NCBI GenBank assembly: GCA_023380635.1
Contig: JAMCRP010000001.1
Coordinates: 405,200 to 469,199 of the forward strand
Source: Patescibacteria group bacterium
GTDB taxonomy: Bacteria > Patescibacteriota > Microgenomatia > JAMCZE01
Length of the DNA stretch: 64,000 nt
Direction of reading: 5' to 3'
Position numbers and translations under genes: made by a program. Position 1 is the stretch's first letter. Every line of letters begins with the position of its first letter. Below are positions 30,713-38,104 of this stretch, piece by piece. The notes beneath the pieces are model-generated. The model was not told the DNA's origin. It made no database searches and saw only the letters and a program-made list of their open reading frames with translations.

Positions 30713-30730
30713 GGGTTAATATGCCAAATC

Positions 30731-33520
30731 CTAGGGGATATTGCAATACTGAGGTTTGGCAGTTGACCAAGCCTTCCATGTCTGACCGTTATTTGAAAGC
30801 CTGGCTGCAGCAGCAGCATTGTGATCGTCTTGCCTCCAATAGTCCGCACATTGCTTTAAAAGATTCTCATCTCTATCACAAGCATCGCCGCAATCTTTGC
30901 CACAGTAAGGTTTTAAGAACGGATTTTTGCCACCAGGAATTTCTTTACATAAATAATCATGGGCGAATAAATTAATTTGGAAAATGCCGACGCTGTATTC
31001 GTTGTGACGATTAGTTCCATCGTTGCAGCCGTCGTTCGTTTTGGTACTCTTACCACCGGATTCCCTATAACAAATTCTCGAAGCATTTTCGACCTGATCA
31101 CTAGTAAAAGTTGATGAGAGATTAGCTACAGAACAGGCGTTGCCAATTGGCGCTACTGGACAGCGACTGGCCGTGTAGTTCGGACTGCCGACCGCTACCG
31201 TTGCTTCAGCGGTCAGGGTTTCTTCTTTGTCGCCCGCTTTGACCGTTACGGTAGCTATATTTACCAAATTGCTGTTATTGTCCGCAGCCGTTGTCGTGTA
31301 GGAAGTCATCACCGTTGTGGAATCGCCCTTTAGGACGGTTGGCGGAAAAACCGGATTGGCTGACAATTTCAACGGCGTGCTGGCATTATTTTCCCGGGTA
31401 AACTTATCGTCAACCTTAACAATGCTGATATCGTTATCTTTTCCGGCAGTAATTTTAAGGGAAAAGGTTACGGTAGCACTCGTCCCCCCGGCAACCGAAG
31501 TTTGATCAACGGTTTTTTCCAGCGTAAATAAAGTGCCTTCCTCTTTGCTTAAATCCGCCTGCTGAGAAGTCGCGGCCACGGTGCCAAAAGCCGTCCAGGT
31601 CGAAATAACCACTACCAATGAACCGACAGCGGTTGCCGCCACCGAAGCGATTACCGGAAGAGCTCCGCCACCTAACAAAGATGTGAGCGACAGCCCGCTA
31701 ATGCCCAAAAAGCCGCCGGACGCCGCTGCTCCAACCGCGCCCGTCCCCGTTCCCAAAGCTCCCGCGCCACCAATTGTCGCCGCGCTGGCCACTGGAGCCG
31801 TAGCTACGGCCGACCCGAAACCCGCCCCGAAACCAAAAGAACTGCTCACAACATAACCAATGGCTGCTCCCGAAACTCCTCCCAAACCAAAACCGATTAG
31901 GCTGCCGATTGGTCCGCCTGCCAGAGCTCCCAGAGCCATTCCGGTCAGCGCCCCGGCCGCGCTGAAGCCGATCACTATGGCGTTTGAAAGCAAAGCTTGG
32001 ATAAAAACATAGACGGCTAGACCGGTCCCGACACCAGCATTAAGCATTAAGTCCCGCATTTCTTTGCTGGAGAGCAGTTTTTTGACCAGTTTGGCTCCTT
32101 CCCAAATTAAGCCAATGGCGGCTATGACCTGGCCCGCGCCGGGAATTGCTCCCAAAGCACCTTTAATCAGCATTCCCCACGACTTCTTTTTGATTTCGCC
32201 GGTAACAACCTTGCCGGTTTCTTTCCCGGCTTTTTTTAAACTCTCCCCGCCCACTTTACCGGCCAACTTCAGGTCTTTTTTAGAAACAAACCGCCCGGTC
32301 AGTCTTTGCCATATATTTTGCGGTTTAGCCGGCGGGGGGGTAAGCGTTTCCGGCGGAGTAGTAACCGGCTGTTCAGTCTTACTTTTACTAAATGTTCGTT
32401 CCCAGGAACCGACAAAAAAATCTCTAAACCAGGGCACCAGAAGTGATGGACTGTGCACTACGGCCCGCCAACTAAGCTGCCTGGCGCCAATTTCTTCCAG
32501 GGTGCGACGTTCCTGAGCTTGGACCACCGATCCCGGCTTTGTCTGTTCAACTGACTTTTTCTCCGGCACCGGAGTTTGAACAATGCGCTCGCCGGACGCT
32601 ACTCCAATTGGCTGCTCTTCCTGCTTTTTTTTGGCTTCTTCCTCCTCCAGTTCTACAGCCCTTTGAGCGTCGCGGGCCGCGTTTTTCTCAGCCTCAGCAG
32701 TTGCCAGGCCGGGTTTGTCCAGCCAACGCTCCAAATAAACCGCGTATAGCGCCTGGAAACGATCCATTCGGTGCTTAGCTTCACTCTGCTGGTTATCCAA
32801 TCTTGCTTTTTGGGCTTTTAGTGACTCCAGAAGGGTTTTATCCGGCTGTTTAAGAAAAATAACATCACTCAGGTTGACACCAACTAAATTCCGCAGTCCT
32901 GCTTCATACTTAGCTAATAACTCCTCTAGGGCTAAATATTCCTCCCGAAAAATGTTGATAATAACCGGCCAGTTCTGAGTTTCAAAAGCTGGTTTATACT
33001 CCGGCGCCTTGCCAATTTTTGGCGGCTTTCTTTTAATGACATGATCAAATAAAAATTCTTCGAAATTAGCCTGAGATTGCTGTTGGGAAGTTTGGCTTTG
33101 ATTTGTTCCGACCCTTAGTGCATTTACCCAGTCGACAATAGCATTGTCTAAATTAACTGTTTCTATATATGACGCCCTAGAATCCATTAGAAGTGCGGTC
33201 GTGCCATATATGGCATCTGGCGAATGGTCTTTTGCCAGAATATAGGCTTTTTCCAATTCGGCTAATTGTTCACGAAGTGCCTCGATGCCGGAAATCAAAC
33301 CTTCCCCAATCGCCGCCCCAAAAGTAGCTTGCAGCAAAGCCTTCTCATGATCGGCCCGTTCCTTGTCAAAGTATGCCTGTTGCCCACTAACCTTTTTTTC
33401 TTCAGCGGCCAATAGAACATTAACCCCGGTATTCGAATCATTCAGGTCATGTTCCAACCTATCAATATCCTTTTGCAATTGCGCTTCATACGAACCCAAA
33501 ACAGGTTCAACATCGGCCAT
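30731..33520 (-). CDS. large membrane protein: coiled coil, Gly-rich TMs, Ig-like domain, C-terminal lytic transglycosylase-like domain
   Basis: ICYRESGG...YSVGIFQIN...WKAWS lysozyme-fold motifs; Gly-zipper TM region. Confidence 0.75.
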   Translation of the reverse strand: MADVEPVLGSYEAQLQKDIDRLEHDLNDSNTGVNVLLAAEEKKVSGQQAYFDKERADHEKALLQATFGAAIGEGLISGIEALREQLAELEKAYILAKDHSPDAIYGTTALLMDSRASYIETVNLDNAIVDWVNALRVGTNQSQTSQQQSQANFEEFLFDHVIKRKPPKIGKAPEYKPAFETQNWPVIINIFREEYLALEELLAKYEAGLRNLVGVNLSDVIFLKQPDKTLLESLKAQKARLDNQQSEAKHRMDRFQALYAVYLERWLDKPGLATAEAEKNAARDAQRAVELEEEEAKKKQEEQPIGVASGERIVQTPVPEKKSVEQTKPGSVVQAQERRTLEEIGARQLSWRAVVHSPSLLVPWFRDFFVGSWERTFSKSKTEQPVTTPPETLTPPPAKPQNIWQRLTGRFVSKKDLKLAGKVGGESLKKAGKETGKVVTGEIKKKSWGMLIKGALGAIPGAGQVIAAIGLIWEGAKLVKKLLSSKEMRDLMLNAGVGTGLAVYVFIQALLSNAIVIGFSAAGALTGMALGALAGGPIGSLIGFGLGGVSGAAIGYVVSSSFGFGAGFGSAVATAPVASAATIGGAGALGTGTGAVGAAASGGFLGISGLSLTSLLGGGALPVIASVAATAVGSLVVVISTWTAFGTVAATSQQADLSKEEGTLFTLEKTVDQTSVAGGTSATVTFSLKITAGKDNDISIVKVDDKFTRENNASTPLKLSANPVFPPTVLKGDSTTVMTSYTTTAADNNSNLVNIATVTVKAGDKEETLTAEATVAVGSPNYTASRCPVAPIGNACSVANLSSTFTSDQVENASRICYRESGGKSTKTNDGCNDGTNRHNEYSVGIFQINLFAHDYLCKEIPGGKNPFLKPYCGKDCGDACDRDENLLKQCADYWRQDDHNAAAAARLSNNGQTWKAWSTAKPQYCNIP

Positions 33521-33570
33521 ACAACCATCTTAGCAAAAATTCTCTTCTTAAGATAATGTATACTAGACGT

Positions 33571-35241
33571 ATGCCCGAGCATGCCACTTTTTTTGGTCAT
33601 GCCGCCAGTTTCGACTCGTTTCAGGTGGTCGCGCCGGATTTTAACGCGCTGCACAAAATCGAAAAAACCATTGAACAGTCGCCCCAAAGCGCTCCGACAG
33701 AATTGATTGATTCCGTTCCGAACACTCATTTACTAATTGCCAAAATTGACGGCGATGTTTTGGAAGTAGCCGCAACGAACGGCATGAGAGCCAAACTCTT
33801 CCGCGGCGGAAAGATTATTAATCTTCTCCTGACTCCGGGAAAAATTGCCGGCCATATTAAAAACGGGGACATTCTGGTTTTGGGAACTGAAGATTTTTTT
33901 AATAAGATTTTTAGTTCCGAGAATGTCCATAATCCTGAAGAATTATCTCTAAAACTGGAAGGCCTGGAAGATAAAGACAATGTTGCCGGTTTAATTCTGA
34001 AACTGGACAATGTTTCTTTGGATACTAGTCTCCGACCCCCATTATCCAGCCCTACCAGTTCTCCTCGCCGCCCGCTGTTCCCCTCCAGTTTTGACCGGCC
34101 AAAAATCTTAACTCAAACCCCTTCCAAGCGCACGCTTTACGGTGCCGGGGTCATTCTGGTTTTTCTGATTTCGCTTATCGCCTTTCAGCTGCGCGGCCGT
34201 AATCTGGAACAGCGCACTCAAAACGCCGCGGTGATCGAAAAACAGGCCCGGGACAGTTTGAATCAAGCCTCTAACTTTGCCGGGCTGAACGACAACATGG
34301 CCAGAAACACTCTCATTACCGCCAAAAATAATTTCCTGACCCAGGCCCAAACGGATTTTGGCCCCAACTGGCAAAAAGACCCAAGCCCGGAAACTAAAAA
34401 GTTGCAGGCGGTTTTAGCCGATTTGGATAATCAGCTGGCCCAGGTTTCGCATATTTATAATTTATCCGCCCTGGATCTTTTTTCTGATTTCAGTCTACTG
34501 CGGGCCGATGCTAACATTACTGCTGCTTCTCTAGACAAAAACGAAATTGTTGCCCTGGATTCCAATAACGGCGCCGTTTATTCTCTCGGCACCAAATCAA
34601 AAACGGCAGCCATTGTCGGCGGCGCTGCGGATTTTAAGAGTAACAATTATATTGATGCGACGGCCGACACCGTTTATGTATATACACCATCCGGAATTGA
34701 AAGTATTAACCGGACCACCAATTCCGTCAAAGTTTTATTGCCTTTATCAAGTGATTTTGTCAAAATCCGGGGCCTCAAGACTTTCGGGGGAAACTTATAT
34801 CTTCTGGACACCGACGGTTCGCAAATTTGGAAATATCAGGGGACGGATTTTGGTTTTTCGGCCTCGCCCTCGGCGTATCTTCGCGCCGGTTCCGCTGACT
34901 TTACCAATGTGAATTCTTTTGCCATTGACGGCACCATTTTTGTTTTAAGTAATAGCGGCAATGTGGCCAATTTTTCCGGCGGCTACGCGCAGGATTTTAG
35001 CGTTTCCGGTTTAGACAAACCCCTGAACAACCCTACTAGCATTTTTACTTCCGACGAAACCAATAATTTGTATATTCTCGATTCCGGCAACAACCGGGTC
35101 GTCGTTTTAGATAAAAAAGGCAATTATCAGGCCCAGTATGTTTCGCCGGATATTAAGGGCAGCCTCATTCTTGCCGACGAAACCGTAAAGAAGGTATTTT
35201 TGCTTTCTGGGGCAAAAGTCTATTCCTTTGATCTCAAATAG
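33571..35241 (+). CDS. membrane protein with C-terminal beta-propeller (NHL-like)
   Basis: TM, GNLYLLD..IWKY, LYILDSGNNRVVVLDKKG; start placed after a TATACT box. Confidence 0.75.
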   Translation: MPEHATFFGHAASFDSFQVVAPDFNALHKIEKTIEQSPQSAPTELIDSVPNTHLLIAKIDGDVLEVAATNGMRAKLFRGGKIINLLLTPGKIAGHIKNGDILVLGTEDFFNKIFSSENVHNPEELSLKLEGLEDKDNVAGLILKLDNVSLDTSLRPPLSSPTSSPRRPLFPSSFDRPKILTQTPSKRTLYGAGVILVFLISLIAFQLRGRNLEQRTQNAAVIEKQARDSLNQASNFAGLNDNMARNTLITAKNNFLTQAQTDFGPNWQKDPSPETKKLQAVLADLDNQLAQVSHIYNLSALDLFSDFSLLRADANITAASLDKNEIVALDSNNGAVYSLGTKSKTAAIVGGAADFKSNNYIDATADTVYVYTPSGIESINRTTNSVKVLLPLSSDFVKIRGLKTFGGNLYLLDTDGSQIWKYQGTDFGFSASPSAYLRAGSADFTNVNSFAIDGTIFVLSNSGNVANFSGGYAQDFSVSGLDKPLNNPTSIFTSDETNNLYILDSGNNRVVVLDKKGNYQAQYVSPDIKGSLILADETVKKVFLLSGAKVYSFDLK

Positions 35242-35622
35242 TGGAGATGGAGGGTGTGACCCCTCGTGTGAAAAAGTGACTTTTAAACATCTACAAGCTT
35301 AGTTAGTTCTGACTCTTGGTACTGCCGGTCAAACTAACAAGAAAGCAGTACCGTGGTTGTTCGTCTTAGGATTACTAAGAAAACCAAACTTAATAACCAG
35401 CATTCCGGCTGTGTTTATGCTCCAGAAACCCCACCGGGAGAAGGTTTAAGAAACAGCTTTAACCCTTTTAGCTATAGATGGGATACCCATCTTGATCCAA
35501 TTGGGCGTAGGCAAATGCTAGTTTTTGATTAGCACTTATCTTTTGAAACCGTCTTTTACGAAGTAGATTTCTTCTTCGGCTTGCCGTTGTCAAAGTGCTT
35601 TTTCGTCGATTCGTACATCCCC
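35242..35622 (-). ncRNA. ssrA: tmRNA
   Basis: Acceptor stem GGGGATG/CATCTCC-A with G3-U70; TCGAC after the D-loop; resume context ATAAGT-GCT-AAT; directly downstream of smpB. Confidence 0.92.
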
Positions 35623-35628
35623 AAGAAC

Positions 35629-35683
35629 AATTTTCAATTTACAATTTTAAATTTTCAATGAATTCTTAATTTTCAATTTTCAA
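35629..35683. repeat. degenerate heptamer tandem repeat (AATTTTC)n
   Basis: aattttcaatttacaattttaaattttcaat...aattttcaattttcaa spanning the smpB stop. Confidence 0.8.
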
Positions 35684-36091
35684 ACTTCTCTCAAGATCGC
35701 GCTTTTTGATCGCTTCTCTTTTATCCCATTGTTTTTTGCCTCGGGCCAGGGCGATTTCCACCTTAAAGATATTGCCTTTATTATACAGCGCGACAGGCAC
35801 CAAAGTCAAGCCCATAGTTTGCATTTTTGAGGCTAAACCGAGCAATTCTTTCTTATGCAAAAGCAAGCGGCGCGAGCGAGTGGGACTAATCGTCTCGATA
35901 GAATTTTGGTACGGGTGAATGTGGGCATTAACCAGATATGCTTGCCCATCACGAATGTGGACAAAAGCCTCGTTTAAAGAAACCTGTCCTTCGCGCACAG
36001 ATTTGACCTCGGGACCTAAAAGATCTATCCCGGCTTCAAATTTTTCGAGTAAATTATAGTTATACCGTGCCGCGCGGTTTTCAATCCTCAT
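35666..36091 (-). CDS. smpB: SsrA-binding protein SmpB
   Basis: NRAARYNY, EAGI.L.G.EVKSVR, RRLLLHKKE, GKKQWDKRE; start MRIENR. Confidence 0.96.
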   Translation of the reverse strand: MRIENRAARYNYNLLEKFEAGIDLLGPEVKSVREGQVSLNEAFVHIRDGQAYLVNAHIHPYQNSIETISPTRSRRLLLHKKELLGLASKMQTMGLTLVPVALYNKGNIFKVEIALARGKKQWDKREAIKKRDLERSLKIEN

Positions 36092-36110
36092 ATTTCTATT
36101 ATCCCACAAT

Positions 36111-36214
36111 AGGAGCAGCGTGGCGAAGTTTTGCAGCGCGAGGGTAAGCTGCGCAGGCACTTGGTACCTCGCCATAGCGGCCGAGCGCGAAAAACTTTGC
36201 GGGCCGCTCCACCT
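36111..36214. repeat. GC-rich imperfect palindromic element (intergenic)
   Basis: AGGAGCAGCG..GAAGTTTT ... AAAACTTT..CGCTCCACCT; shares TTTGCAGCGC and CCGAGCG with the lepA element. Confidence 0.6.
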
Positions 36215-36913
36215 TCATCCTCCTCTCGCCACACAAATTGCAAAGACTTTAGAAGCGCCCGCTTTTTTTAAAATCTTGGCACACTCAAAAATTGTGGAGC
36301 CGGTAGTACTCACATCATCAACCAGACAAAAACTGGTTTGCTGGACACTGGAGACTGGATACTGGTTAGAAAGAGTAAACGCTTCGTGAACATTTTTCTG
36401 CCGCTCGCTGTATTTCAAATCAAACTGCGGCTTTGTTTCCCTGGTTCTTTTCAACAAATTTACTACAGTCAGTCGTCGGTGGTCAGTAGTCCGTAGACAT
36501 TTCACCAATTCTCCCGCTAATTTTTCCGCCTGATTAAACCCTCTTTTCCTTTCCCTTTTGGGAGCCAGGGGTACCGGCACCAGATAGTCGAAATTATATT
36601 TATCGTGATAATTTTTCCCGATCAGTTCCGCCAGCTCCTGACAGATTGCCCAGGAGTTGCGATATTTTATTAATTGGATTGCTTTTTGAATCGGCCCGCG
36701 ATAATGGGCTAAGGTGTACATTCCATCAATACCAAAGGCTTTTTGACAGCGAGGATGAGTTAAACCGTAGGGACTGGGCCGTTCGCAGTACGGACAAACC
36801 TGATCGGTGAAGTAATCTATTTTAGTGACGCATTTGTCGCAAAAATATTTCCCCCACTTCCCGCACCCGACACAAGTCCGGGGAAAAATTAAATCCAGAA
36901 GAAAGTTAAGCAC
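36215..36913 (-). CDS. comF: ComF family competence protein (phosphoribosyltransferase-like)
   Basis: LIFPRTCVGC Zn finger, VPVPL..RGFNQA, LVDDVSTTGST. Confidence 0.93.
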   Translation of the reverse strand: MLNFLLDLIFPRTCVGCGKWGKYFCDKCVTKIDYFTDQVCPYCERPSPYGLTHPRCQKAFGIDGMYTLAHYRGPIQKAIQLIKYRNSWAICQELAELIGKNYHDKYNFDYLVPVPLAPKRERKRGFNQAEKLAGELVKCLRTTDHRRLTVVNLLKRTRETKPQFDLKYSERQKNVHEAFTLSNQYPVSSVQQTSFCLVDDVSTTGSTIFECAKILKKAGASKVFAICVARGG

Positions 36914-36937
36914 TATTCAAGTATAATATGGAAAACT

Positions 36938-37025
36938 GGAGAGTGGGCAGGACGGTAATGCGGCGGCTTGCTAAGCCGCTGAGTTGTATAAACTCTAACA
37001 GGTTCAACTCCTGTACTCTCCGCCA
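36938..37025 (+). tRNA. tRNA-Ser(GCT)
   Basis: GGAGAGT...GCGGC-TT-GCT-AA-GCCGC, long variable arm, GGTTCAACTCC, ends GCCA. Confidence 0.95.
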
Positions 37026-37026
37026 A

Positions 37027-37650
37027 CTATACTCCTCCCGGTTCGTAGACCGGGCGAAGTTCCTGAAGACCTTGGGTTTGGGGTTTTTCTTCTTTTTCTT
37101 TTACCTTCTTCCCAAAAACAATAATATCGATTTGCAGGGTTTGCCTCGTCCGTCTGATCGCTTCGCAGGACTCCTTGTTCATCCAAGTCGCCAGGCTTTC
37201 ATCCAAGAGAATCCCCGGTTTCCCCACTTCGTATTCAATTCCGGTTTTATTTCTTTTAAGAACCCGTTTGCTTAGCGTCATTTTGTCCGGACCCAAGAGC
37301 TGATAGATTGGGGAAGTGTGAAAGTAGTGCCCTGGCGGATTACCAGTAAAAGGAGTTGAATCGCATAAGACCGTTTCCACACTTTCGTTATTTTTTTGTG
37401 TCCTCCCGACAAAATACCAGATATACACCGGTTCGCTCAGATCGTTATCTTCATATTTCTCCCGCAGGATTGTCCCGGAACGCAGCTCTGACAAAATTAG
37501 GGTTGTCCCCGCCCCATAACTGGCCATCGGCTCCTGACCCCCAGCTCCAGCCGCCGACAGCAGGCAAAATGCCTCGTGAGCTTGAGCAAGGGTTTCATCG
37601 TCTGAAGTTTCTTTCTGACGGAACCGACCGAGAAAATCTTTAAATTCCAT
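37027..37650 (-). CDS. hypothetical protein
   Basis: 207-aa ORF between two tRNA-Ser genes. Confidence 0.7.
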   Translation of the reverse strand: MEFKDFLGRFRQKETSDDETLAQAHEAFCLLSAAGAGGQEPMASYGAGTTLILSELRSGTILREKYEDNDLSEPVYIWYFVGRTQKNNESVETVLCDSTPFTGNPPGHYFHTSPIYQLLGPDKMTLSKRVLKRNKTGIEYEVGKPGILLDESLATWMNKESCEAIRRTRQTLQIDIIVFGKKVKEKEEKPQTQGLQELRPVYEPGGV

Positions 37651-37707
37651 TAAGCTAATGATATCAAAAGGACCGCAAGCGTACCAATAAAGTATAATAT
37701 GCCTTAC

Positions 37708-37789
37708 GGAGGGTTGGCCGAACGGTAAGGCGTCAGTCTTGAAAACTGATACTCGTAAGGGTTAACAGGTTCGACTCCTGTACCCTCCG
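37708..37789 (+). tRNA. tRNA-Ser(TGA)
   Basis: GGAGGGT...TCAGT-CT-TGA-AA-ACTGA, long variable arm, GGTTCGACTCC. Confidence 0.95.
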
Positions 37790-37835
37790 CCCTCGCCCCT
37801 TTACTTTCTGTAAAAAATCTTCTTATACTAGTTAT

Positions 37836-37994
37836 ATGAAGACAAAGTCCCACAAGAGGACTAGCCACGCGTCTGCCCGGTCGCGCCGGTTTTTCGGCAC
37901 CCAGGAGTTAGCCCTTCTGGCCGCGGTAGTTGTCGCCCTGCTGGTTTTCTTTGCCTGGCAAACAAACTCTTTGCCGACATTCCTAAAACCATAA
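37836..37994 (+). CDS. small single-TM protein (52 aa)
   Basis: MKTKSHKRTSHASARSRRFFGTQELALLAAVVVALLVFFAWQTNSLPTFLKP; TATACT 6 nt upstream; below the ORF-track cutoff. Confidence 0.65.
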   Translation: MKTKSHKRTSHASARSRRFFGTQELALLAAVVVALLVFFAWQTNSLPTFLKP

Positions 37995-38104
37995 ATTTCC
38001 CTTCTCCGATCGCTAAAGGTATAATATGCCTGCAACGCATAAATTTTTCGTGGCTCAGCACTTGTTGAATGTCAGTAAAGTTTATAAACTGATAAAGGAA
38101 CAAT

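Noticed and set aside
37708-37789. tRNA containing TGA as a selenocysteine or opal-suppressor tRNA
   Set aside because: The anticodon TGA reads TCA (Ser); Sec or suppressor tRNAs would have anticodon TCA.
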